64,000 nucleotides of DNA from an uncultured Bacilli bacterium (GTDB lineage: Bacteria > Bacillota_I > Bacilli_A > RF39 > UBA660): the NCBI GenBank assembly GCA_949505625.1, contig CATBQD010000010.1, forward strand, positions 434 through 64,433. The letters are read 5' to 3'. The notes beneath the pieces are model-generated. The model did not search any database and was not told where the DNA came from. It worked only from the letters and a program-made list of their open reading frames with translations. This document shows positions 19,842 through 29,886 of this stretch, piece after piece (positions within the stretch are counted from its first letter, which is position 1; each line of letters begins with the position of its first letter). The translations under genes were made by a program, and so were the position numbers.

Positions 19842-20645
19842 ATGAAGGAATTTATATATAGTTTGAAGTGCTTGATTCATAAAAAAGAATTTTATTTTGC
19901 AATAATTGGAATATTGTTAATTAATTTAATTCATGTGTTTTTGGTTATTCAATTTAATTTAAATGCACTACTTGAAACTGGTTATAAAGCTGAATATTTG
20001 TATATTTTATATAATCCATCTGTTAATCTAAATATGATAATTATAATAATTTTTCCTATTATTTGTTCAACAATTTTATCAGATATAAATTTTATAGAGA
20101 AAAAAGAAAAAAATAATATTTTTCTATATACTAGATTAAACCAAAGAAAATTGATGTTTTCAAGATTTCTAATAATAATATTTACAGTATTTTTAATCAC
20201 ATTTTTATCATTTTTATTAAATTATATTTCGCTTTATTTTATATATGGAAGCGGCAATGCTCTTACGCATTTCCAAAATACTGCATTTTATTTGACTAAT
20301 TTAAAATTTTTATTTATGGATTCTTTGCGAATATCGAATTTACCTTTGTTCTTAGTTTGTATAACTGCACATGTATCATTTATATTAGGTCTTTTGTCTG
20401 GACTAGCTTATTCAATATCATTTTTTGTAAAACAAAAAATACTGATTTATGTTTTTCCGTTTTTAATTATGCTATTGACAGAATTCATTTTTCCATTAGT
20501 AGGTCTTGGTTCATATTCAATTGTAAAACAATTGCAACCTTTATCAACATTTAATGCTAATAATTCGATAGCGCTATATTGTGTTTTATTATTAGCTAGT
20601 ATTATTTTGTTAGCAGTTAATTGTAAAAAGAAGGATTTATTATGA
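19842..20645 (+). CDS. polytopic membrane protein (putative ABC-type permease/immunity component)
   Basis: About 6 TM helices. Extremely AT-rich. The stop overlaps the next start (ATGA). Confidence 0.55.
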   Translation: MKEFIYSLKCLIHKKEFYFAIIGILLINLIHVFLVIQFNLNALLETGYKAEYLYILYNPSVNLNMIIIIIFPIICSTILSDINFIEKKEKNNIFLYTRLNQRKLMFSRFLIIIFTVFLITFLSFLLNYISLYFIYGSGNALTHFQNTAFYLTNLKFLFMDSLRISNLPLFLVCITAHVSFILGLLSGLAYSISFFVKQKILIYVFPFLIMLLTEFIFPLVGLGSYSIVKQLQPLSTFNANNSIALYCVLLLASIILLAVNCKKKDLL

Positions 20646-21322
20646 TTTATATAATTAAGAATAGACATGTTTATTTTCTTGTTTTATTAAGTATTATAAT
20701 AGGTTTGTTTATGGCTAATGGTATTAGAAATAACTTTTTAGAAATATATATAGGAAGGTTAGGGGTTATATCTGTAAGATATTTTTTAATCATTATATCC
20801 GTTGTAATAGAATATCTTATATATAAAATTATGAGTAACTCTTGCATTATATCAAGATATGAGTCAAAGCAAATGTTTTTGAGAGAAAACATAAAAGTAG
20901 AACTTATATTGAGTATCATTATATTTTTCATTTTTAATTTAGTTGTGATGCTTTTCTCATTACCTACATCGATTCACTATATCATTGATATAGCTATTAT
21001 TACTATGAACATTATGATGATATATATAACAATTTCTTTAATGATAAAAGTAATTGATATTTTTGTTAAAAATCATTATATATCATCAATTATTTTTGTT
21101 TTTATATTTACTGTTTTTGACTTTATTTTGGAACATTTTAATTTTTTCTTTTTTGACAATAAACTTTTTGATTTGGGAGCTATATATAAGATTTTTTATA
21201 TGTATAAGAATAGTATAATTTATTTATTATTTATTATATTGTTAGATTTAATTATGTTTGTTGCATTAAGCTTGACGTTTAAAAGAAAGGATTTTATATT
21301 AAAGAATGATGAAGAGATATGA
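20642..21322 (+). CDS. polytopic membrane protein
   Basis: About 6 TM helices. Overlaps its neighbours on both sides. Confidence 0.5.
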   Translation: MIYIIKNRHVYFLVLLSIIIGLFMANGIRNNFLEIYIGRLGVISVRYFLIIISVVIEYLIYKIMSNSCIISRYESKQMFLRENIKVELILSIIIFFIFNLVVMLFSLPTSIHYIIDIAIITMNIMMIYITISLMIKVIDIFVKNHYISSIIFVFIFTVFDFILEHFNFFFFDNKLFDLGAIYKIFYMYKNSIIYLLFIILLDLIMFVALSLTFKRKDFILKNDEEI

Positions 21323-21980
21323 TAAAAAAAAGTTATTACTATATATTTTTATAATATTAATTGTTTGTATATTAAAAAAACCTTATTTACCAGAAATTAT
21401 AGATGATTATTCTCATATACCTTTTAATATATTAGCTTTTAATTCTAAAAATAGCTATATAAACTTTGTATGGATAATTCCAATAATTTCAAGTACTTTT
21501 ATATTGACAAGCTCTTTGTACTATAAATTAATAAATTTTGATACTAGGTTTAAAAATAGAAAGAGATATTTATTTGAATGTTTAAAAGAAAATTTTGTGC
21601 AAAGCATATGGTTTGCAATGATTACTATTTTAATGCAATGGTTCATATTTATGTTTACTTTTAAATTTACGATTCAAATAAATGAAATGGTTTTTTTAAT
21701 TATTATAAAATATATGTTAGAAACTTATCTTTTATCTAGTAGTATTTTGTTTCTCTCATTGCTTATTGATAATTTTATTTATTCATATACTATTGTTATT
21801 TCGAGTGTTATAATATTAATTAACTCATTTAAATTTTCATTTGTGCCATTTGTTAATTTATACTGTAATTATAATATTAATATTAGTGATGCTTTACTTA
21901 TAATAATATTAATACTATTTATGAATTTTATATATAGAAAAAAGGATTTAGGAGGTGCCAAATATGAAACTAGCAGTTAA
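21306..21980 (+). CDS. polytopic membrane protein
   Basis: About 6 TM helices. Overlaps its neighbours on both sides. Confidence 0.5.
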   Translation: MMKRYDKKKLLLYIFIILIVCILKKPYLPEIIDDYSHIPFNILAFNSKNSYINFVWIIPIISSTFILTSSLYYKLINFDTRFKNRKRYLFECLKENFVQSIWFAMITILMQWFIFMFTFKFTIQINEMVFLIIIKYMLETYLLSSSILFLSLLIDNFIYSYTIVISSVIILINSFKFSFVPFVNLYCNYNINISDALLIIILILFMNFIYRKKDLGGAKYETSS

Positions 21981-22608
21981 AAATTACACAAAAAAAATAA
22001 AGAATAAAACAATTTTAGATGATATAAATCTTGATTTATGTAGTGGAAATGTTTATGGCTTTTATGGAAGAAATGGTTCTGGGAAAACAATGCTGTTTCG
22101 TGCTATATCAACATTGATATTTCCAACTGAAGGAGACGTATTAATTGATGATAAATCAATCATAAATAATGATTATGATTTAAGCAATTTTGGTTTGTTA
22201 ATAGAAACTCCAAATTTCTATCCATATCTATCTGGATTTGATAATTTGGATATATTATATCGTATTAACAATAAAAAAGATAATGCACACATTAATGAAA
22301 TATTGAAAAAAATGGATTTATATGATGATAAGGATAAAAAATATAAAGAATATTCTTTGGGAATGAAGCAAAAACTAAGAATAGCGCAAGCTATTATGGA
22401 AAATCAACAAATAATAATTTTAGATGAGCCAACAAATGGACTTGATGAAAAAGCAATAAAAAATTTACATAGCATTATATTGGATTTAAAGAAACAAAAG
22501 AAAATAATTTTATTAGCAAGCCATAATATTGAAGATTTAAAACTTTTATGCGATAAAATTTTCTATCTTTCAAATGGAAAGTTAAAAGATAAAAAAGAGG
22601 ATTTGTAA
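21964..22608 (+). CDS. ABC transporter ATP-binding protein
   Basis: Walker A GRNGSGKTM, Q-loop, signature YSLGMKQKLRIAQAI and Walker B IILDEPT. RBS AGGAGGTG precedes ATG 21964. Confidence 0.8.
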   Translation: MKLAVKNYTKKIKNKTILDDINLDLCSGNVYGFYGRNGSGKTMLFRAISTLIFPTEGDVLIDDKSIINNDYDLSNFGLLIETPNFYPYLSGFDNLDILYRINNKKDNAHINEILKKMDLYDDKDKKYKEYSLGMKQKLRIAQAIMENQQIIILDEPTNGLDEKAIKNLHSIILDLKKQKKIILLASHNIEDLKLLCDKIFYLSNGKLKDKKEDL

Positions 22609-23316
22609 ATGAAGAAAATATTAATATTTATTTGTGGCATTTTAGTATTAGGATTTGTTATTGCTATTCCAATTGGCAGAAGTTTAATAAAACATATTAA
22701 TTATAATCAATTTATTAGTAATGTATTATATTTTTCCGAACCTATCCAATCTCAATACGAAATGTATCCTGAAACTAAAGAGATATTTATTGATGATGAT
22801 AAAGTAAATGATATTAAAGACTTAATTAATGAATCAGAATATGTTTTAAAAATCAAAGTAAACAGTGAAATTGAATTTTATGGTATTGGTATCATTAATA
22901 ATGTGAAAATTCTAGAAGTACTTAAAGGAAAAAATGATAAAAATATAGGAATTGGAAAAAATATAAAAATATATGATTTAGTTTCATATTGGCAAGGAAA
23001 TTATATTAATTATTACGGTGGAATGACACCATTAAATTCTGAAAATGAATACATCGTATTTTTAAATAAAACAACAAGAGCTAATCAGAAAAATACATAC
23101 ATTTTTAGTAGTATTAAATACGGTCATTTTAATATATCAACAACAGATGCAAATGTTTTAACTAGTTATAGTCAAGGAAGCTTGACATTTAAAGAAATTA
23201 TGAATTATGATTATGTAGAAAAGGTTTGTGATGTAGCAGATGATAATGGGTGTGAAAAATATGCAGATGATTATTCAAATATGAAAAAACAGGTGCTTGA
23301 TTATATAGAAAAATAA
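22609..23316 (+). CDS. N-terminally anchored extracytoplasmic hypothetical protein
   Basis: Signal anchor MKKILIFICGILVLGFVIAIPIG. Its start directly abuts the ABC ATPase stop. Confidence 0.5.
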   Translation: MKKILIFICGILVLGFVIAIPIGRSLIKHINYNQFISNVLYFSEPIQSQYEMYPETKEIFIDDDKVNDIKDLINESEYVLKIKVNSEIEFYGIGIINNVKILEVLKGKNDKNIGIGKNIKIYDLVSYWQGNYINYYGGMTPLNSENEYIVFLNKTTRANQKNTYIFSSIKYGHFNISTTDANVLTSYSQGSLTFKEIMNYDYVEKVCDVADDNGCEKYADDYSNMKKQVLDYIEK

Positions 23317-23445
23317 GTGATATAATCTTCATCAACTTTAAGTGTAGTTTTATTAAATGGTTTTACTTTAGAAAAAATGTAATTGTTTTTTCTTTTTTTG
23401 TAGTCTTTTTTAAAATCTTATATTATACTTATATAGGTGAAGCGA

Positions 23446-24687
23446 ATGAAAAAGTATTTAACATTATTACTTGTAGTGATTTCATTATATATTGGAATAC
23501 CAATCGTAAATGCGATAGAATTTGACTTAAATTCTAAAAATGCAATACTTTATAATTTAGATGAAAATATGGTTTTGTATGAAAAAAATGCAACAGAACA
23601 AATTTCTATTGCTTCTATGACAAAAATAATGACTGCGATTGTAGCGCTTGAAAATATTGAAGACTTAGATGAAAAAGTAATTTTAACAAGTGCCGACTTT
23701 TATGGCTTAGAAGAAGCAAATGCATCAGTTGCAGGATTTAAGGTAGGACAAAGTTTAACTTACCGTGATTTATTATATGGGCTCCTACTTCCATCAGGAG
23801 CAGATGCAGCGCAAGCCTTAACTAGAACAGTAGCAGGTGGTAAAAGTAATTTTGTCAAAATGATGAATGAAAAAGCGGAGAATTTAAGTTTAGATGATAC
23901 TCATTTTATGAATGAAACTGGATTAGATGAAGAGGAACATTATTCTACAGTAGAAGATGTGGCTAAATTATTTCAATATGCTCTAAAGAATGAAGAATTT
24001 AAAAAAATGATTACCAGTTCTTCTTATACGATAAGCGACCATTCATCTACTATCTATAGTTCTATTGAAAAAAATAAAAGAAGATATGGAATTCAAATGG
24101 ATTATTTAGAAGGGGGAAAGACAGGAACTACTTATGATGCAGGATTATGTCTTGCCTCAATTGCTACTTGGGATAATGTTCATTACATGCTTGTAACTGC
24201 TAGGGCTCCTTATAATGATGGACCTAAAAACTTATATGATGCTAAAAAAGTATATGAATATTTTATCAATCATTATGGAAATAAAATCGTTGTAGAAAAA
24301 GATGAAAAAATAGTAACTTTAAATACGTTATATACAAAAGAAAATAATGTTTCTTTTTACTCAGATAAAACAGTAGAAAAATATTTATCTAATGAGTTTG
24401 ATAAGAAAAGTTTAAAATATGAATATAAAGGAATAGAAACGATTACCTCTAAAATGAAACCAGGAGCAAAATTAGGGACTTTAACAATTCAATATGAGGG
24501 AGAGGTATTCTATGAACAAGAGATTATCTTAAAAGAGCAGCTTTCCTTTGATTTATTCAAATACTTAAAAGCGCATATCGAAAGTGTAATAGGAATAGCG
24601 CTAACAATTTTTATTATATTAATTTTATTCATACGAAAAATAAGGAAAGGAAGAAAACATGGAAAAAAGATGTACAAGACTAGATGA
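23446..24687 (+). CDS. D-alanyl-D-alanine carboxypeptidase (serine-type, PBP5 family)
   Basis: Signal peptide, then the SxxK active-site motif (SIASMTKIM). Also SGAD(A) and KTG (GGKTGTT) motifs and a C-terminal TM anchor. Confidence 0.8.
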   Translation: MKKYLTLLLVVISLYIGIPIVNAIEFDLNSKNAILYNLDENMVLYEKNATEQISIASMTKIMTAIVALENIEDLDEKVILTSADFYGLEEANASVAGFKVGQSLTYRDLLYGLLLPSGADAAQALTRTVAGGKSNFVKMMNEKAENLSLDDTHFMNETGLDEEEHYSTVEDVAKLFQYALKNEEFKKMITSSSYTISDHSSTIYSSIEKNKRRYGIQMDYLEGGKTGTTYDAGLCLASIATWDNVHYMLVTARAPYNDGPKNLYDAKKVYEYFINHYGNKIVVEKDEKIVTLNTLYTKENNVSFYSDKTVEKYLSNEFDKKSLKYEYKGIETITSKMKPGAKLGTLTIQYEGEVFYEQEIILKEQLSFDLFKYLKAHIESVIGIALTIFIILILFIRKIRKGRKHGKKMYKTR

Positions 24688-25303
24688 AAAAAATGAATTT
24701 TTAGGAAGTAGTAACCAACTTACAGCAGCGGTAACTGGATTAATAAATGAAATAGCTACTATGACAAACTTTGAAGTACAATTACCGAATATTGGTAGAA
24801 TTTATCAAAATAAAATTTTGGAATTAGAGCAACAATTTTTAGGAAAAGGGCTCGACTATTTTAGTAAAGAACAATTCGAAGTTCGTAATATTATTGTTTG
24901 GGATATGCTTAATAAATTAACTCGAGCAACAGATATTTTAGAACAAAAAGTAAAATGGTTAAAAAAATTCTTTTTATTAAATCAAATCAGTTGTTTTAAA
25001 GCTTTTTCGAATAGAATGATTGAATGGTTATTAAAGGATTATATCAAAATAGCAGATGAAATATCAGCTTATAGTATGGAGAATGGGTTTGCAAAATCAA
25101 TTATGGAACAACTTTATAATAACAACTATGATGCAATGTCTCCAGGTTCTTACAAACTAGCTTGGGAAAAGGGAAGAGATATGCTTAGTACTTTTGGATT
25201 AGAAGAACAAATTAGAATGATTGGTCCTTCAGCACTTTCTTTAGTAGAACGTCAAGAGCAAGCCAGTTTAGAATACTTAAAAAGTTGGAATCCACATATA
25301 TAG
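24659..25303 (+). CDS. hypothetical protein
   Basis: 214-aa ORF. Its start overlaps the end of the carboxypeptidase gene. The true start is uncertain. Confidence 0.35.
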   Translation: MEKRCTRLDEKNEFLGSSNQLTAAVTGLINEIATMTNFEVQLPNIGRIYQNKILELEQQFLGKGLDYFSKEQFEVRNIIVWDMLNKLTRATDILEQKVKWLKKFFLLNQISCFKAFSNRMIEWLLKDYIKIADEISAYSMENGFAKSIMEQLYNNNYDAMSPGSYKLAWEKGRDMLSTFGLEEQIRMIGPSALSLVERQEQASLEYLKSWNPHI

Positions 25304-25361
25304 AAAGTAATTGCTTTCTTTTTTTTCTTTTGTTTAGTATAATGAGTACAAGGTGATAAGA

Positions 25362-27011
25362 ATGACGGATATTGAAATTGCGCATAGTATTACTCCTTTG
25401 CGAATAGAAGAAGTAGCAAAGAAATTGAATATTTCAAAAGATGAGTTAGAGTTTTATGGAAATGATAAAGCCAAAATAGATGTAGATAAAATTAAAAATG
25501 ACAGAAAAGGGAATTTAATTTTAGTTACCGCTATCTCTCCAACTCCATATGGAGAAGGAAAAACAACAGTAAGTATTGGACTAGATGATGCATTATGTAG
25601 GCTAGGGAAAAATTCAATTCTAGCTTTAAGAGAACCATCTTTAGGCCCAGTATTTGGCATGAAAGGCGGAGCAACAGGAGGAGGATATTCTCAAATTGTA
25701 CCAATGGAAGATATCAACTTACATTTTACGGGAGATTTTCATGCAATTACAACTGCTAATAATTTATTATGTGCTGCCATTGATAATCATTTATATCATG
25801 GTAATACATTAAATATTGACCCCAAAACAATTACATTTTCAAGATGTCTTGATATGAATGATAGAGCATTAAGAAAGGTTGAAATTGGACTTTCTAGTGA
25901 TAAAGAAATAAAAAGAGAAGAGCACTTTAATATTACAGCTGCTAGTGAGATTATGACGCTCTTCTGTTTAGCAAGCAACCGAGAAGATTTAAAAGAAAGA
26001 ATGAATCAAATTGTGATTGGCTATACATATGAAGGAGCTCCAGTACTCGCAAAAGACCTTCATATAACAGGAAGTATGATGGCTATTTTAAAAGAAGCTA
26101 TAAAACCGAATTTAGTTCAAACATTAGAAGGAAATCCAGCCTTAGTTCACGGAGGACCATTTGCCAATATCGCACATGGCTGCAATAGTTTAATTGCAAC
26201 AAAACTAGCTTTAAAATTATCAGATTATGTCATTACAGAAGCTGGGTTTGGTTCTGACTTAGGAGCAGAAAAGTTTTTAGATATTAAATGTAGAGTTGGA
26301 GAATTAAATCCTTCTGTTATTGTTTTAGTTGCAACTTTAAAATCATTAAAATATAATGCAGGTGTATTAAAAGAAGATATTTTAAAAGAAAATGTAGAAG
26401 CAATTAAAATGGGTGCTTCAAACTTAAGAGCACACATTTTGAATTTGAAAAAGTTCCATATTCCAATTATAGTATGTCTAAATCGTTATGGAACTGATAC
26501 AAAAGAAGAAATTGAAACTTTAAAAAATATTTGTGAAGAATTAAATGTTGCATTAGAAGTGAGCACAGCTTATGTGGATGGTGGAAAAGGAGCATTATCT
26601 TTAGCGCAAAAAGTAATAGAAGTAAGCAAAGAAAAAAATCAGTTACGATACCAATATGAATTGGATGATTCTATAGAAGAAAAATTAGAGAAACTTGCAA
26701 CTGAAATCTATCATGCAGGTTCAATCCAATATTCTAAAGAAGCATTAGAAAAAATAAAGCAATTAAAAAATACAAACTATGAGAAATATCCAATTTGTGT
26801 CGCAAAAACCCAATATTCTTTATCCGATGACCCTAAAAAACTAGGAGACCCAAAGGACTATGAACTTTTTGTAAAAGACATTAGACTTTATGCTGGGGCA
26901 AAATTTATAACGATTTTACTCGGTGATATTATGACAATGCCTGGATTACCAAAAAAGCCAAATTACGAACAGATTGATATTGTAAATGAAGAAATCATTG
27001 GATTATTTTAA
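25362..27011 (+). CDS. fhs: formate--tetrahydrofolate ligase
   Basis: Signature ISPTPYGEGKTTVSIGL, and strong overall similarity to FTHFS over its ~550 aa. Confidence 0.9.
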   Translation: MTDIEIAHSITPLRIEEVAKKLNISKDELEFYGNDKAKIDVDKIKNDRKGNLILVTAISPTPYGEGKTTVSIGLDDALCRLGKNSILALREPSLGPVFGMKGGATGGGYSQIVPMEDINLHFTGDFHAITTANNLLCAAIDNHLYHGNTLNIDPKTITFSRCLDMNDRALRKVEIGLSSDKEIKREEHFNITAASEIMTLFCLASNREDLKERMNQIVIGYTYEGAPVLAKDLHITGSMMAILKEAIKPNLVQTLEGNPALVHGGPFANIAHGCNSLIATKLALKLSDYVITEAGFGSDLGAEKFLDIKCRVGELNPSVIVLVATLKSLKYNAGVLKEDILKENVEAIKMGASNLRAHILNLKKFHIPIIVCLNRYGTDTKEEIETLKNICEELNVALEVSTAYVDGGKGALSLAQKVIEVSKEKNQLRYQYELDDSIEEKLEKLATEIYHAGSIQYSKEALEKIKQLKNTNYEKYPICVAKTQYSLSDDPKKLGDPKDYELFVKDIRLYAGAKFITILLGDIMTMPGLPKKPNYEQIDIVNEEIIGLF

Positions 27012-27020
27012 AAGAGGTTT

Positions 27021-27707
27021 TTAATACCTCTTTTTTGTGAATTGCTTTACATCTTGTTCTTCTAGTTGGTGACAATTTAAATATTCTTTTACAACATCAT
27101 AAATAACTTCCATTCTACAACGGTCAGGACTTTTTCTTAACTCATTATTAATTAATTCTAACAACTCTGGTGTGTAGTGTAGAACTTCTGCAACTTTAGA
27201 GTAGAATGTAATTAAATTTTTATGTGTATTATCGTTAGGTGATTCCATATAGCTTTCTAAATCTACTAAAGTAGTACCTTTTTCTTGACTATAAAATATA
27301 GAACCTTCATTTAAATCAAATATTTCAAAATGAGAGGAAATATCTAAGATAGCTTCTCTAATATTATTATCAGAAGAGACCACTTGTTCAATAGAAACAT
27401 CTTGTGTAACAAGCAATTTTCCAGGAGCTTTTTTCATAATAATCCCTAAAATAGCAAGCGGATTTACAACAATTAGTTTTGTGCTCATCATCTCTTCTGA
27501 TTGGATCTTTGATAGATTGGTTAAATGTTCTAAATAGGTAATTCCTCTAGATGTTATTTGATTTTGTAAGATAGGTTTTAAATAGTTTTTATAGACATGT
27601 CCTTCAAATTGTCCACACATATGAAACGTCTTCGCACTACTTCCCCAAACAGAATTATGAATATCAAATTGTCCTTCAATGTCTTGATAAGAGATTATTT
27701 TTACCAT
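27021..27707 (-). CDS. hypothetical protein
   Basis: Start chosen at MVKIISYQD, which has RBS AAAGGAAG. Convergent with fhs. Confidence 0.5.
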   Translation of the reverse strand: MVKIISYQDIEGQFDIHNSVWGSSAKTFHMCGQFEGHVYKNYLKPILQNQITSRGITYLEHLTNLSKIQSEEMMSTKLIVVNPLAILGIIMKKAPGKLLVTQDVSIEQVVSSDNNIREAILDISSHFEIFDLNEGSIFYSQEKGTTLVDLESYMESPNDNTHKNLITFYSKVAEVLHYTPELLELINNELRKSPDRCRMEVIYDVVKEYLNCHQLEEQDVKQFTKKRY

Positions 27708-28046
27708 AGATATCTTCCTTTCTATTAAAAAATGGCCTTGTGAGTACACAAAACCATTAAAAATAGAAATTATTTCTATGATAATAATTTTGAAAGCACT
27801 CCACAAGTTTCTCTTGTGACAGTCCAGCCCATGTTATGTAGCTGTCCCAACAAAATAAGATTCAGATATCTTATTTCATTTCGGCAAAACTTCCTTTCCT
27901 TAACAACAATAATCTGAGTAATTGTTAAGTACTAATAAGCTTCGCGACCTCTTTCGATTAGGTCTAATTCTAGCATAAAGAATTATATTTGTCAAATAGA
28001 AGTTTATTTTTACAAAAATGTGTCATTCTATAAATGAGGTGACAAA

Positions 28047-28493
28047 GTGAAAAAGTGGTGTGTTTTAATTGCAATTTGTTTTTTCATGACAATGAGTTTT
28101 ATTGGAAGAAAAGAAAATTCAAAAGAAGTATTTGAAGAAACAAATGTAAATGAATTTAAACTAGTAAAAATTGACGTTTCAAACGCTTCTATTACGACAA
28201 AAAACATCACCTCATTATTAAACTCTTTAACTTTATATAAAGTTACGTATGAAATTCCAAAATTATATAAAGCAAAATTTCAAAATCAAAACCCAGAATA
28301 TTCCTTTCTTGGGATTTCTAGTCAGAAAGGTTTAGAAGAAATTGAAAAAAGATTATCGAAAGAAATGAAAGCAATGGGAAATACAAGTGAAGTAGAAAAA
28401 ATCAGTTTTTATGGTGTCAAATTGCTTTCTATAGAAGTGTATGGTAGAATTCAGAAAATAGAAGAATTGAAACAAAAAGTAAAGGACTATTAA
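28047..28493 (+). CDS. secreted/lipoprotein-like hypothetical protein
   Basis: Signal peptide KKWCVLIAICFFMTMSFIG. Confidence 0.5.
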   Translation: MKKWCVLIAICFFMTMSFIGRKENSKEVFEETNVNEFKLVKIDVSNASITTKNITSLLNSLTLYKVTYEIPKLYKAKFQNQNPEYSFLGISSQKGLEEIEKRLSKEMKAMGNTSEVEKISFYGVKLLSIEVYGRIQKIEELKQKVKDY

Positions 28494-28573
28494 GTTCTTT
28501 TTTTTTCATATACTATGAATAGCTTCATTGAAATTTTATCTGAAAAAGTGTATAATGATATTAGGTGATGTAA

Positions 28574-28993
28574 ATGTCTTATATATGGTTAGGTGTTGTC
28601 ATTTTACTAACGCTTGTAGAATGTATGACAGTTGGATTAACAACAATCTGGTTCGTTATTAGTGGAATAGTTGCCTTACTAGTTTCACTTACAGTTGATA
28701 ATTTCCTATTACAATTTGGAATTTTTGTCATTTTAGGAATTTTTCTATTAATTACAACAAGACCATTACTATTAAAATTTTTAAAGCCAAAAAATGAAAA
28801 AACAAACTTCGATAGAATTGTTGGAATGGAAGGAGTCGTGACTGAAAAAATAACGAAGAATACCATTGGTGAAGTCAAAGTAGATGGAAAAAAATGGAGT
28901 GCTATTAGCGATAAAAAGATAGAGAAAGATAGTATTGTAAAAATTATCTCTATTGATGGAGCCAAATTAAAAGTAGAGAAAGTAGAGGAGTAA
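28574..28993 (+). CDS. NfeD-family membrane protein
   Basis: Two N-terminal TM helices plus a C-terminal OB-like soluble domain. Immediately upstream of the SPFH gene, the canonical pairing. Confidence 0.65.
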   Translation: MSYIWLGVVILLTLVECMTVGLTTIWFVISGIVALLVSLTVDNFLLQFGIFVILGIFLLITTRPLLLKFLKPKNEKTNFDRIVGMEGVVTEKITKNTIGEVKVDGKKWSAISDKKIEKDSIVKIISIDGAKLKVEKVEE

Positions 28994-28995
28994 AT

Positions 28996-29886
28996 ATGGA
29001 ATTTTTAATTGTTATTTTAGTACTTGCAATTGTACTAATCGTGCCAAATGTGAAAATTGTGCCACAGGCAAAAACTTATGTTATTGAAAGAGTAGGTTCT
29101 TATTATACAACATGGAAAAACGGCTTACATTTTAAAATACCTTTTTTAGACAGAGTCGCAAATCAAGTTACTTTAAAAGAAGTCGTAAAAGATTTTGACC
29201 CACAACCAGTTATTACAAAAGACAATGTTACAATGCAAATTGACACAGTTGTATATTTTCAGATTACAGATGCAAAACTATATACATATGGAGTAGAAAA
29301 TCCAATTAGTGCGATTGAAAACTTAACAGCAACAACACTTCGTAATATTATTGGAGAACTAGAATTAGACCAAACATTAACATCAAGAGATATTATCAAT
29401 TCAAAAATGCGTTCTATTTTGGATGAAGCAACAGACCCTTGGGGAATTAAAGTAAATCGTGTTGAAGTGAAAAATATTATTCCACCAAGAGATATCCAAG
29501 AAGCAATGGAAAAACAAATGAGAGCAGAGCGTGAAAGAAGAGAAAAAATTCTTCAAGCAGAAGGAGAAAAGAAATCAAGTATCTTAATTGCCGAAGGAGA
29601 AAAAGAAAGTGCAATTTTAAGAGCTGAAGCAGATAAAGAATCAAAAATCAAAAAAGCTGAAGGAGAAGCAGAAGCAATTATCAAACTTAAAACAGCTGAA
29701 GCAGAAGGTATTAAATTATTAAAAGAAGCAAAAGCAGATTCTTCTGTACTAACATTAAAGAGCTTTGAAGCTTTAGAAAACGTTGCAAATGGTCAGGCCA
29801 CTAAAATTATTGTTCCATCAGAATTACAAAATGTGGCAACAATAGGAACAACAATTAGTGAAATGTTAAAAGAAAAAAATAAATAA
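28996..29886 (+). CDS. SPFH/band-7 (stomatin/flotillin-like) protein
   Basis: N-terminal TM helix, SPFH core and a C-terminal EA-rich coiled coil (AEGEKKSSILIAEGEKESAILRAEADKESKIKKAEGEAEA). Confidence 0.8.
   Translation: MEFLIVILVLAIVLIVPNVKIVPQAKTYVIERVGSYYTTWKNGLHFKIPFLDRVANQVTLKEVVKDFDPQPVITKDNVTMQIDTVVYFQITDAKLYTYGVENPISAIENLTATTLRNIIGELELDQTLTSRDIINSKMRSILDEATDPWGIKVNRVEVKNIIPPRDIQEAMEKQMRAERERREKILQAEGEKKSSILIAEGEKESAILRAEADKESKIKKAEGEAEAIIKLKTAEAEGIKLLKEAKADSSVLTLKSFEALENVANGQATKIIVPSELQNVATIGTTISEMLKEKNK

Noticed and set aside
24659-25303. Possibility that the 214-aa ORF is a known domain (e.g. DUF4230) or mis-started
   Set aside because: No motif could be supported from the sequence, and the start overlaps the carboxypeptidase C-terminus, so it is kept as a low-confidence hypothetical.
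27807-28046. 240-bp intergenic region between divergent genes, inspected for an sRNA or tRNA
   Set aside because: No cloverleaf or conserved structured-RNA motif was recognisable. It is most simply a divergent promoter region.
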